DNA of 59,313 bases, the filler included, from Nitrospirota bacterium (GTDB lineage Bacteria > JACPQY01), in assembly GCA_016180645.1 (NCBI GenBank). It is 5 parts of 5 records of this genome, joined end to end, with 100 filler letters (N's around TTAATTAATTAA, not from the genome) between each part and the next. Parts side by side here need not be neighbours in the genome. Positions count along the whole stretch, not along the records: positions 11,993 to 35,532 come from JACPAV010000048.1; 4 more parts are not named here. One strand, given 5' to 3'. Shown here piece after piece: positions 19,307 through 28,827 of the stretch. The notes beneath the pieces were generated by a model that was given only the letters and a program-made list of their open reading frames with translations, was not told the DNA's origin and did not search any database. Within the stretch, counting starts at the first letter, position 1; every line of letters begins with the position of its first letter. The translations under genes were made by a program, and so were the position numbers.

Positions 19307-21856
19307 TCAAACCTCCGCGGGGTAGTAGGACCCGGTCTTCGGGTAGTACGAGAGTTTGACGCCTTCGCCCACGTTCTGCCTTGTGTGATTCAGGATGACG
19401 CCGGCGACCGGCGCGTGAGCCCGCCGAAGCAGATCGATGCCGCGAAGGAAGAGGCTCTGAGGGGTCTGGCCCGCGGCGTAGACCAGCGTAACGAAATCCA
19501 CCAACCGGCTCAGCATGAGCGTGTCGCTCACGCGGAGCAGCGGGGGAGAGTCGAAGAGGACGATATCGAATTCATTGCGGAGGTTGTCCACCAGTGTCGA
19601 AGCCGCCTCGCGCTCGAAGTGACCGTTGTAGCCCGCCAGCTCGGCTTCGCTTCGGATCCTTCCCGGCAGGTAGGAAAGATTCGGAAGCGGCGTTTGCACG
19701 ATAGCCTTCTGGAACGACAGAGTGCCCTCCAACACCTCGAGCAGCCCCGGAAGGTCTTCCATGCCCAACTCCTTGTCCAGTGTGGGATGCCGCACGTTCG
19801 CGTTGACGATGAGCGTCCGACAGCCGGACTGCGCATACACGGCGCCCAAGCCCAGCGTCAGAGTGGATTTCCCTTCGCCCGAGGCGCAGCTCGCCATCAG
19901 GATGGCGCGATGCTTCTTGCCGTCCGAGGCCGAGTCGAGATTGACTTTGACCATCCTGCACAGGTCGCCCATCTCCACGCGGTGACGCCGATCCGCGGGA
20001 GACAGTTCATCGGGCGACTTCAGGAGATCGAGGGGCCGCTGGGTCACATGTCGCACGACGCCCAGCACTTTGATCCCGGAAGCTTCGATCTCGTCGAGAT
20101 GTTCCACCGCCGGGTTCAGGGCTTCCAGCGTAAAAACCAAGCCCATGAACAGCACGATGGACAGCAGAAGCACGCTCGGCAGGTCTCTCCGGGGCCGCGG
20201 CAGGACCGTCAGGCGAGCCGAGGCCGCTTCCCTGAGCACCACGATGCTGGAGGAGATGTCCGACAGGGCCAAATCCACCGCCGCAAGCTGTTTCTTGAAA
20301 TTCAAATAGATCTCCTCTTTGATGTCGAGATCGTTGAGATAGAATCTTTCCTTGGATGGATCGAGTCCCAGCGCCGCAGCCTTCCGCCTCAGCTCTCCCA
20401 GTTCCTTTTCCTTGGCTTGGATGCGGCGGTCCGATTGCTCCAGACGCGTTTGCCAGGTCTTCCATTCCGGCTTGAGCGGCGCCGCAGGCATGGCTGGGGA
20501 CGATGAAGCCGCCTTCCTCGCCAGCGCGAGGCCGGCCTCCACGACCTTGCCCCAATCGGCCACCACCAGCCGCTCGCCGATTTCGTCCCCACGCCGGACC
20601 CTCAGAAGCCAGGCGCCGGCCGGAACGAGAAAACTGAACCGGCCATCGCCATCCGTCACCGCCGGCGGCCCGCCGCCGATCTCGACCTCCGCATCCGCCA
20701 CGGGTTCGCGCCGGGAGGAAACCGCGCGGAATACCTGGCCGTCTATTCGGGCCATCCGATCCGACCCCGTCGCTCCTTCCCGAAGGGCGATGCTCGCCCA
20801 CTTCTCCGTCGTCGCCTCCACCTGTCGGGTCATCTTGCCGAGCTTGTATCCACTCGCCGAGACATAGACTTCGTGCGTGCCGGACGGCAGATCGAACGCG
20901 AAGTCCCCCTTCTCATCCGTGTAGGCGACCTTCCCGGACGGACGGGTCGTCACCACGGCCCCGGCCACGCGGGGGCCTCCGAGGGCACCGGTGAACACCA
21001 CACCCCTCAGAACGCCCGTCGGGCCCGACCCCTCCTCCGATAGGATCGGGGTGATCGCGCCGCCGGCCTTCTTGAGCGATTGGAGCGCCTTCACGCTTCT
21101 TCCCAGAGAGTCCAAGAGAGGAAACCCGGGCTGGAACCTCCGGCTGAGATCGGCTCTTTCTTTCTCCAATCGGGCAATCTCGTCGTCGATCTCCTTCACC
21201 ACGTCCATCCGGGCCTGCCGGAGTCCCTCCACATCCTTGCTGCCGGCCTCAATCCGTTGGACCGCCGCTTGCAGCGACCGGCCCTCTTCCAACTGTTTCT
21301 CGTACCCTTCAATCTCGGCCATCAAGTACTCGCGCTGGCCGACCTTGCTCTGCCTTTTCTGATTCGCATCGAAAATCTGGAACGTCTGAATCAGCGCGTT
21401 CAACAACTTGACGACCAACTCCGGATCCTGGGCCCGCAGCTCGATCCTGAGAATGTTGGTTTTCCCCTTCCGCTCGACACGCAGCCCTTTTCGGGTCTCC
21501 TCGATCAGACGCTCCCGCTCGGCGGGCGGGTCGGACGGATCGACCACGCCGAGTTTTTCCAGGACCTGCCCCAAGAGGGCGTGGCTCCTGAGGAGGTCGG
21601 CCTGCGTCTCCAGCACTTCGTCCGTGGGCGTTCCCACCCCCAGGCGTCCCAACACGGCGCTGATCTTCTCGCCGGCCGGCGTTTCGACGAGGTATTGCAC
21701 CTCGGCTTCAGACTCGTACTGTTTGGGCATGTACAACCAATAGACGCCGTAGAGACCGAAGGTGATGATCAACAGGAGAGGGAGCAGCTTCCAGTGCTTG
21801 GCTAGGACGTGGAGCTGACGGCGCAGCAACTCGTTGGAATCGTTTTTCGCCGCCAT
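19307..21856 (-). CDS. Wzc-like polysaccharide co-polymerase / BY-kinase with two inserted carboxypeptidase-regulatory-like beta-sandwich domains
   Basis: Two TM helices, P..YESEAEV, coiled coils, Walker A GEGKST, Walker B IVLFDSPP, C-terminal Tyr cluster. Confidence 0.82.
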   Translation of the reverse strand: MAAKNDSNELLRRQLHVLAKHWKLLPLLLIITFGLYGVYWLYMPKQYESEAEVQYLVETPAGEKISAVLGRLGVGTPTDEVLETQADLLRSHALLGQVLEKLGVVDPSDPPAERERLIEETRKGLRVERKGKTNILRIELRAQDPELVVKLLNALIQTFQIFDANQKRQSKVGQREYLMAEIEGYEKQLEEGRSLQAAVQRIEAGSKDVEGLRQARMDVVKEIDDEIARLEKERADLSRRFQPGFPLLDSLGRSVKALQSLKKAGGAITPILSEEGSGPTGVLRGVVFTGALGGPRVAGAVVTTRPSGKVAYTDEKGDFAFDLPSGTHEVYVSASGYKLGKMTRQVEATTEKWASIALREGATGSDRMARIDGQVFRAVSSRREPVADAEVEIGGGPPAVTDGDGRFSFLVPAGAWLLRVRRGDEIGERLVVADWGKVVEAGLALARKAASSSPAMPAAPLKPEWKTWQTRLEQSDRRIQAKEKELGELRRKAAALGLDPSKERFYLNDLDIKEEIYLNFKKQLAAVDLALSDISSSIVVLREAASARLTVLPRPRRDLPSVLLLSIVLFMGLVFTLEALNPAVEHLDEIEASGIKVLGVVRHVTQRPLDLLKSPDELSPADRRHRVEMGDLCRMVKVNLDSASDGKKHRAILMASCASGEGKSTLTLGLGAVYAQSGCRTLIVNANVRHPTLDKELGMEDLPGLLEVLEGTLSFQKAIVQTPLPNLSYLPGRIRSEAELAGYNGHFEREAASTLVDNLRNEFDIVLFDSPPLLRVSDTLMLSRLVDFVTLVYAAGQTPQSLFLRGIDLLRRAHAPVAGVILNHTRQNVGEGVKLSYYPKTGSYYPAEV

Positions 21857-21860
21857 GCCG

Positions 21861-23363
21861 CTACTGCTGAAGTATCCGCACCTGGGAGGCTACACCGGCG
21901 CCGGCCGAGAGGGGCGTGAGAAGCCGACCGAGAAAGTCGAGCGCGTCCGACGTCGTACTCTCGGGAACGAACAAGACGTCCCCGTTGTTCAATTCCAAAT
22001 CCTGCCGGAGATCGCCCTTGCTCACCACGCGATCGAGGTTGAGCGCGATCACCTGCTGGTCCGCCGAACCATAGTGACGCACCACCTTGGTGCTGCTCAG
22101 AACGGCGCCGAATTTGGCCTGGTCCGCCAGCGCCAATGCCTGCATCGCCGTGATGCGGCCGGGCTGCCGATACAAACCCGGCCGGGTCACCATCCCCAGC
22201 ACGTACACGCCCACTTCCTGGCTGTGGGGAATGTAAAGGGTGTCGCCGGGCTCGAGCCGCGCCGAAGGCGCCGCGCCGGGCAGGAAGAGTTCCGTATTCA
22301 GATCCACCCGCAGTTCCTCGCCCGTCTTTCGAACGACCGTGGCTTCCGAGAGACTCGCGCCGATCGTCAGTCCGCCCGCTTGCGTGACCACCTCACGGAC
22401 GCTCAACCAGCCTCTTGAACCCACGGGGAAGACGGCGGGTTTGGCCACGGCGCCGTGGACCCTCACCGGCCCCGGCGACCCGACGATCAGGATGTCATCC
22501 GGCTGCACCGAAAGGTTGTATTTGAACTCCGACGTCCCGAACAACCGGCCCAGCGGGAACTGGATGCTCGTTCCCCCTCGAATGATCGACACGTTCTGCG
22601 CCAGAGTGGCGTCATAATTCCATCCCGCCGACATCAGCACTTCCAGCAAGGTCCCCTGCCCGAGAATGGGCGTTCGGCCGGCCTTGCTCACGTCGCCCAT
22701 CACCGTCACCATCCTCTGCCCGGCCTTCTTGATCGCCACGGAAATCTTGGGTTTTGCCACATACCGTCGGATGGCCCGCTCCCAATTCTCCCGAAAAACA
22801 TCGAGCGTCACTCCCTCGGCCTGAATGGACGGGCCGAACGGCACCGCCACGTTGCCATCCGCAAGGACGACGAAGTCGCCGGAAAACTCCGCGTACCCGG
22901 CCACCTCCACCTCGATCACATCCTCCTTGTATAAGACGTATTCGGCGGCCCCGCGGCGAGTCGCCTTCTGAAAGGAGGAGATCTCCGCCCACGTTGCCCC
23001 CTCCGCTCCGCTCCGGGAACGACGAACAGAACCGTCATCAGGTCCTTGCGTCGCACCGGCCAAGTCCCGGCCGGGCGCGGGGGCGGATTCGACAGGCTGT
23101 GCCCCGGCGGTCGGGAGCGGCTGCGCCGCCAGAGGCAAGAGATCGGGCGGTTTGCGAACAGCTCCGGCACACGAGCCAAACATAACAAAGGAAGAGCACA
23201 CGATCGCGAAGACGGGCGGGATCTGCAACAGTCGCCTACCTGAACATGCACAGACCTTCCGGGGAACGGGGGACGATTTTCGCCCCTCCCGCTGCGCTGA
23301 CACTACTCGCCTATCATAACCCCTCCCTAATGCCATCCCAAGGTAGGGTAGGTCAACAATCAT
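21861..23363 (-). CDS. Wza-like (OPX) export protein with Poly_export and three SLBB domains (start uncertain)
   Basis: Y.L...DVIEVEV...V..DG.V..PF; repeated V.V.G.V..PG and L..GD.L..P; possible lipobox FGSC. Confidence 0.82.
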   Translation of the reverse strand: MIVDLPYLGMALGRGYDRRVVSAQREGRKSSPVPRKVCACSGRRLLQIPPVFAIVCSSFVMFGSCAGAVRKPPDLLPLAAQPLPTAGAQPVESAPAPGRDLAGATQGPDDGSVRRSRSGAEGATWAEISSFQKATRRGAAEYVLYKEDVIEVEVAGYAEFSGDFVVLADGNVAVPFGPSIQAEGVTLDVFRENWERAIRRYVAKPKISVAIKKAGQRMVTVMGDVSKAGRTPILGQGTLLEVLMSAGWNYDATLAQNVSIIRGGTSIQFPLGRLFGTSEFKYNLSVQPDDILIVGSPGPVRVHGAVAKPAVFPVGSRGWLSVREVVTQAGGLTIGASLSEATVVRKTGEELRVDLNTELFLPGAAPSARLEPGDTLYIPHSQEVGVYVLGMVTRPGLYRQPGRITAMQALALADQAKFGAVLSSTKVVRHYGSADQQVIALNLDRVVSKGDLRQDLELNNGDVLFVPESTTSDALDFLGRLLTPLSAGAGVASQVRILQQ

Positions 23364-23460
23364 TGTTTGTCAACATCTCCACCGCAGGATCGGGCCATAG
23401 ATGGTGACCGTATCGATCCATGAAGGATGGTCGTCCCAGCCGACCCGTTGTTGACCTCCT

Positions 23461-23476
23461 TGTGATCCCAATCACA
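23461..23476. promoter_or_regulatory. CRP/FNR-family binding site
   Basis: TGTGA-TCCCAA-TCACA, a perfect TGTGA-N6-TCACA match in the divergent intergenic region. Confidence 0.6.
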
Positions 23477-23512
23477 GACATGGGATTGGAAACATGATTC
23501 AATCCCCGGCCC

Positions 23513-25075
23513 ATGGGGGCAATAAAGGGAGCCGGATCCATTAGACGTTGGGCGACACAGGGCGTCGCCGCCCTCGCCCTTCTGGCCGGTGGGGTCTTGC
23601 TCCTCAACGGCCTCAAGTGGATCGGTCATCGTCGGGCCCAGAATCTGCTTTCGCAATACTCGCAGATCGGGCGGGAAGGCGCTCCGGCCCCCGTTCTCAT
23701 CCTTAGCCATGCAGGGCCCGTAGACTTTTCCGGTCCAACCTACGATGGATGGCAAACCGTCGCGATGAGGAGCCCCCTCACGTCAGCCAATACGGTCCGG
23801 ACCGGCACTTGGGGCACCATCGACCTTGCGCTCGACCGTCACGTCGTCCTCCGGATCGCGCCGAATTCGACCGTTCAATTCGCTTCCATGGTTCGCGATC
23901 TCTCAAACCGCATCGAGCTGGTGGAGATCGCCATGAAAACGGGGCAGGTGATCAGCGTCATCGGAAACCTGAAAGACGGGGCGCGCTTCTCCATCAAGAC
24001 GCCCACGGCCACGGTGGGGGTTCGCGGGACGGTATTCATGGTCGAGTCAACTCCGGAAGGCACGATCGTATCAACCCTGAACGGGACGGTGGAAGTCACC
24101 ACGCCCGCCGATCCCGGGCAGCCGCTCGATGTGGTCCCCGGGGAACGGCTTGAGGTGGCGGCCCGCCTCAGCCCCACTACGGGCCGCCGCGAGATCATGG
24201 GCCGATATACGGGTGTGCCGCCGGAGATCCGCAAACAGATGAGCCAAGCCGTGCGCGAGAACGCGTTTGCGAAACCCCGACGTCAAGGGGCTTTGATTAA
24301 CGCCATCGATAAGAAGGAGGGGGCGACCGCCCGGCCTCCATCCAGCGGTCGGGACCGGATCGCTCGGGAGCGCCCCGGTTCATTGCGCGCTGAAAAGGGC
24401 CGCCGAATTCAATCGCCGCTTCGCGGAGGCGACGATCGATACAAGAAGCCCGAAAAGCAACGGTCGATGCAACGGCTTTCCGATCTTCGCCTGCAACGGC
24501 CGATGCCTGAATCACCGCTCCGAGTCACCTCGCCGGAAAAGTCGAAATCCACCCGGGAGGAGCCGGCGCCCCCCACAACCGCCGGGCCTCCCAAGGCTGC
24601 GACGCGGCCCTCCGAGCCCGCCGCGGAGGAGCCGGCGAAGGAGAAAGAACAATCGCAGGAGGATGAAGACACGGAAGATCGCCCCGTTCAGGCCGGCGCC
24701 GATACCCTCTCGGCCGAGATGGCCATTCGGGCCATTCTTGATGAATGCCGCGATGCGCTCGAACAGCTCGCGGCCGTTCCATGCCTCTCCCGCTGGACCA
24801 CGCCGGGATTCACGCTGAATGTGAACGGCAAAGTGGTGCCCAACCTGTCGCGAGCCGCGGCCGAACTCTCCCGACTGATCACTTCTCCCTCCGTTTCCAT
24901 GCACGTTCTGACGGTCACCGTCCGGGAGGCCACCGCCATGGCCGTCTTCACCATCGCCGTGGACGCGCGCAAGGCGCAGACGGGCGATGATGTCAGCCGA
25001 CAATTCCTTGTCATCATGGAATTCGCCGGAAGCGACAAGGAGGGGTGGCTGGCCCAGTCCGCGAGCGCCATGTAA
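23513..25075 (+). CDS. Membrane-anchored FecR-domain protein with linker and C-terminal NTF2/SnoaL-like domain (paralog of 17709-19265)
   Basis: TM helix; VRTG..G.IDL...LRIAPNS; IKTPTATVGVRGTVF; same layout and length (520 vs 518 aa). Confidence 0.75.
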   Translation: MGAIKGAGSIRRWATQGVAALALLAGGVLLLNGLKWIGHRRAQNLLSQYSQIGREGAPAPVLILSHAGPVDFSGPTYDGWQTVAMRSPLTSANTVRTGTWGTIDLALDRHVVLRIAPNSTVQFASMVRDLSNRIELVEIAMKTGQVISVIGNLKDGARFSIKTPTATVGVRGTVFMVESTPEGTIVSTLNGTVEVTTPADPGQPLDVVPGERLEVAARLSPTTGRREIMGRYTGVPPEIRKQMSQAVRENAFAKPRRQGALINAIDKKEGATARPPSSGRDRIARERPGSLRAEKGRRIQSPLRGGDDRYKKPEKQRSMQRLSDLRLQRPMPESPLRVTSPEKSKSTREEPAPPTTAGPPKAATRPSEPAAEEPAKEKEQSQEDEDTEDRPVQAGADTLSAEMAIRAILDECRDALEQLAAVPCLSRWTTPGFTLNVNGKVVPNLSRAAAELSRLITSPSVSMHVLTVTVREATAMAVFTIAVDARKAQTGDDVSRQFLVIMEFAGSDKEGWLAQSASAM

Positions 25076-25166
25076 GCCCGTGGATCAGAGCCGTTCTTGA
25101 CATGTGGCGTCTCATTCATCACAATGCCGACCAATTCGCATGGCGGTTTTGAAACAGGAGATAACC

Positions 25167-26636
25167 ATGAGTAGGAGCATCAAATCTTCTTGGAGCCTTC
25201 CACGGACGATGGGCGTTCTGGTCATCGTCGGGCAGGCCATGGCGGGATACGCCCGCGCGGCCGACAAGACCGCCCCGCCCGCTGCCGAGGAGCCGGTTGC
25301 CCTCTCCGCTCCCAAAACAACCGAGAGTCGTCGATCGGACGACCTCCAGGAAGGAGGAAGTGCCGCGAGAGGGCAGGAGCCCGGAGCGGCCGACCTCCAG
25401 GAAGGAGGAAGTGCCGCGAGAGGGCACCCTGAAGGAATCGATGGAATCGCGCAGGGTACTTCGCAGCCTCCCGGAGCGGCCGACCCCTTCAAAATTCTAA
25501 GAGATCAAATCCGCGCTTTTGAAACGGCTCCGCAGGTCAGCGACTACAAGTTTCTCAAGGGCGATCTCGTCGAAGTCAGAGTGCTCGGCTACGGCGAACT
25601 GTCCAAAACCTACACGGTGTCCGAGGATGGCACACTCGTGGTCGGCCTCGGCGATCCCGTCATGGCCACGGGCAAGACGGCCGGACAGGTGAAGGAGGTT
25701 CTGGAGCGCGAACTTGGTCGGTTTCTTCAGAAACCCAAGGTTTCCGTCTTCCTCGCCAAGCCGGGCGAGCGACGCGTCTTCGTCATCGGCGACCTCCCGA
25801 GGGCCGGCCAGGTGGCGCTCGTCGGCCAAGGCACCCTTCTGGAAACCCTCACACAGGCCGGCTGGAAATACGACCCTTTCGGGGGCCATCAGGCGCGGCT
25901 CGTCCGGCAGGACCGTACACTCACCGTAGACGTGGCCGCCATCATGCGGGCGGGATCCACCGACCTCAATATCCGTTTGAAGCCGGACGACATCGTGATT
26001 CTCAACTCCCCCGATCCCGTGGTGGTCATCGGGGAGGTCCGTAAGCCGGACCGCTACCCCCTCGGCGAACGCGCATCCATCACGGTTCGCGAAGTGATCG
26101 CCCGCAGCCAGGGCATCACCGAAAAAGCCGATCTGACCTCCGCCAAGATCATTCACAAGACCGGCACGGAGGAGCGGCTCGACCTCAATCGATACCTCTT
26201 TCCCCAGCCAGGCGACGCCTCGTCGGATGTGGTTCTTCAGGGGGGTGACACCCTGTACGTCCCACAAGGCGGCGAGATCGGCGTCTTCGTGCTCGGAATG
26301 GTCGGTCGACCGGGCTACTACCGCCAGGCCACGGGGCTTACGGTGCTCCAGGCGCTCGCCCTCGGCGATGAGCCCCAGTTCGGAGCGAAGCTCTCCCACG
26401 CGCGCCTCGTGAAGGGCTATTCGAGCGGGAATCCCCGAGTGGTCAGGGTCAATCTCGATCACCTGGTGTACAAGGGGGACATGAGCCAAAACCTGGCGAT
26501 GGAAAACGGCGACGTGCTGTACATCCCCGAGACCACCACGTCCGACGTCCTGGACTTCCTCGGCCGCCTGCTTTCCCCGCTCAATCTTGGATTCACGGCC
26601 GGCGTGGCCGCCGCGACCGCCATCGGCGCGAAATAG
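25167..26636 (+). CDS. Wza-like (OPX) export protein with three SLBB domains
   Basis: AGGAG RBS, signal peptide ending ARA, YKFLKGDLVEVRV; C-terminus TTSDVLDFLGRLLSPL shared with the paralog. Confidence 0.82.
   Translation: MSRSIKSSWSLPRTMGVLVIVGQAMAGYARAADKTAPPAAEEPVALSAPKTTESRRSDDLQEGGSAARGQEPGAADLQEGGSAARGHPEGIDGIAQGTSQPPGAADPFKILRDQIRAFETAPQVSDYKFLKGDLVEVRVLGYGELSKTYTVSEDGTLVVGLGDPVMATGKTAGQVKEVLERELGRFLQKPKVSVFLAKPGERRVFVIGDLPRAGQVALVGQGTLLETLTQAGWKYDPFGGHQARLVRQDRTLTVDVAAIMRAGSTDLNIRLKPDDIVILNSPDPVVVIGEVRKPDRYPLGERASITVREVIARSQGITEKADLTSAKIIHKTGTEERLDLNRYLFPQPGDASSDVVLQGGDTLYVPQGGEIGVFVLGMVGRPGYYRQATGLTVLQALALGDEPQFGAKLSHARLVKGYSSGNPRVVRVNLDHLVYKGDMSQNLAMENGDVLYIPETTTSDVLDFLGRLLSPLNLGFTAGVAAATAIGAK
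25340..25426 (+). repeat. 36-bp exact direct repeat with 51-bp period, encoding DLQEGGSAARG twice
   Basis: CGACCTCCAGGAAGGAGGAAGTGCCGCGAGAGGGCA at 25340 and 25391. Confidence 0.9.
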
Positions 26637-26639
26637 TCC

Positions 26640-28727
26640 ATGGAACCCAACCGCTCGTCCGATCTCGATACGCCGGAAATGTTCATGCGACTCTCGGGCA
26701 TCCTGGCCAAGCACGTCAAGCTCATGGTCGTCACCACGCTGCTGATTGCCATCGGGGTCGCCGGCGCCTATGTGTCCATACCGAAGATCTACGAAGCGAC
26801 GGTGCAAATCCAGTACCTCACGGAAACGCCCGAAGAGGAGGCCTCCCAGGTATTCGAGCGGATCGGAAGGCTGCTCGGCTCCACGGGAGAACAGGCGCTC
26901 GACACACAGATACAGATCATTACCAGCCAGGCCATCCTTAAGGAGAGCCTGGAGAAGCTCGCCGTCATCCCCGCCGGAGCCAGGCCGGAAACGGCCCAAG
27001 GTATCGTGCAGAGATTCCAGCGCGACGTCACGGCCCGAAAAATCGGCAAGACGAATATTTTCGAGCTCGTCGTGCGGGCTCCCAAACCCGAATTCGCGGT
27101 TCAGGTCGCCACGACCATCACGGACGTGTACCAATTGAACGATCTGCGGACGCGTCAGCGCACCGACCAGTCCCTCCGCCGATACCTGCTCGAACAGATC
27201 GACAGCCTCGAAAAGAAGATCCTCGAGCAGAAGACGTTGATGGATTCGTTCGGCGACACGGAGTCGCTCCAAGGAGAACTGCGAAACCTCATTCAGCAGA
27301 AGGAGCAGACGCTGAAGTCGCTTGCCGAGGAGAAGAAGAACCTCGAAATCGAGCGCCGGGCGCTCCTCGCCCGCTACACTCGCCGGCACCCCAAGGTCAT
27401 GGAAATCGACGCGACGCTCGCCTACGTGAACCGCATCCTGGGCGGCAAAACGGTGGGAGATCCGGCTTCCCAACTCATCAGCGCGCGCCCGGAGGTGTTG
27501 GACCGCTTCGTCAAACTTCAGAGCCGATACCAGCTTACGATGCGCGACCTGGCCCACACCCAACGCAAGATCGAAGACGGCAAGAAACGCGCCTTGGAGG
27601 GAGGCTCTCCATACGAAGACAAGGAATTTCTTCAGCGTGAACTGAGTCTCAATCAAGAAATCTACGGGAACATGAAGCGCCGCCTGTCGCAGGTCGAACT
27701 CACGCTGGGCAACAATTCGGAAAACGTCATTCTACTCCAGGAACCTACCCTGCCCCGCCGCCCGGTGAAACCGGATCCGAAGCGGTTCCTCATGCTCGGG
27801 CTCCTGCTCGTCGTTTTGCTTCCAATCAGCTTCACGATGATCGCGGAAGCCATGGATTCTTCGGTCGGGACGATACCCGACCTTGAACGGGTTGCAAGCG
27901 TGGGCGTTCTCGGAGGCGTGCCCTTTGTCCGCAATTTCGCCATGCCCCACACGGTCGAACCCGCGAACGGAAACGGCCACGCTCCCCTCGATCCGGCTTG
28001 GGCCGGATTCCAGGAGGCCTTCAGGACGATCCGCACCAAGATCGATCTCCAAAATGGCAGGAAACAGGGACGCACCTTCCTGGTTACCAGTACTCAGCCT
28101 CAGGAGGGGAAGAGCGTCGTGTCCTGTAGCATTGCCCGGGCATTTGCCGAGGCCGGCCTTTCAGTGCTCCTCATCGACTGCAATCTGCGGCATCCCTGCA
28201 TCAACCGCTATTTGGACCTGCCCCTCGAGCCGGGTATTCTTCCCGCCCTTCAGAACGGTGAGGACTGGCGGCGAGGCGTTCTCCGCATGAAAAACCCCTC
28301 CCGTTTCCACATTCTCCCCGCCGGAGGGGCCATTCGGAATCCCTTGCCCCTGATTGAATCCGCCCGATTCGGCCAGATCCTTGAGGAGGTGCGGTCAAGC
28401 TTCGACGTGGTCATCATGGACAGCCCGCCGGCCCACATGGTGTCCGACGCGGTGGCCATTTCCAGGCAGACCGATGGCGTGATTGTCGTCTACTCCTCCG
28501 GAGAAACGGCGCGCACCGCCTTCAAGCGCAATCTCGATCAATTCAAACTCGCCAAGGTCCCCCTTCTCGGTCTGGTCATGAATCACAAGAAACCCATCAG
28601 ACTGGCCATGTACCCCCAGTACGCCTACTACGCCTACGGCTACCCCACGGATAAGCCTCACAAGGGGAAGAGAACAGAACGCGTCGGGCACAGGCGATCG
28701 TCCAGCCAAGCGGCATCCCTCCACTAG
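26640..28727 (+). CDS. Wzc-like polysaccharide co-polymerase / BY-kinase
   Basis: PKIYEATVQI, YTRRHPKV, P..PVKP before TM2, QEGKS, IDCNLRHP, VIMDSPP, Tyr cluster YPQYAYYAYGY. Confidence 0.85.
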   Translation: MEPNRSSDLDTPEMFMRLSGILAKHVKLMVVTTLLIAIGVAGAYVSIPKIYEATVQIQYLTETPEEEASQVFERIGRLLGSTGEQALDTQIQIITSQAILKESLEKLAVIPAGARPETAQGIVQRFQRDVTARKIGKTNIFELVVRAPKPEFAVQVATTITDVYQLNDLRTRQRTDQSLRRYLLEQIDSLEKKILEQKTLMDSFGDTESLQGELRNLIQQKEQTLKSLAEEKKNLEIERRALLARYTRRHPKVMEIDATLAYVNRILGGKTVGDPASQLISARPEVLDRFVKLQSRYQLTMRDLAHTQRKIEDGKKRALEGGSPYEDKEFLQRELSLNQEIYGNMKRRLSQVELTLGNNSENVILLQEPTLPRRPVKPDPKRFLMLGLLLVVLLPISFTMIAEAMDSSVGTIPDLERVASVGVLGGVPFVRNFAMPHTVEPANGNGHAPLDPAWAGFQEAFRTIRTKIDLQNGRKQGRTFLVTSTQPQEGKSVVSCSIARAFAEAGLSVLLIDCNLRHPCINRYLDLPLEPGILPALQNGEDWRRGVLRMKNPSRFHILPAGGAIRNPLPLIESARFGQILEEVRSSFDVVIMDSPPAHMVSDAVAISRQTDGVIVVYSSGETARTAFKRNLDQFKLAKVPLLGLVMNHKKPIRLAMYPQYAYYAYGYPTDKPHKGKRTERVGHRRSSSQAASLH

Positions 28728-28827
28728 TGGATCGCAAGGGTTGTTCGGGAATCATCCTCCCCTGAAGTAGCCTCTCCACCCGTTTTCGACTTCTGTCTCC
28801 CGCGCATCTGTGTCAGAATCCCGCCCC

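Noticed and set aside
25497-27656. 719-aa antisense ORF and similar long shadow ORFs (e.g. 44304-46250, 1194-2513, 4874-6082)
   Set aside because: They lie opposite well-supported genes, have no recognisable motifs, and are expected in high-GC DNA.
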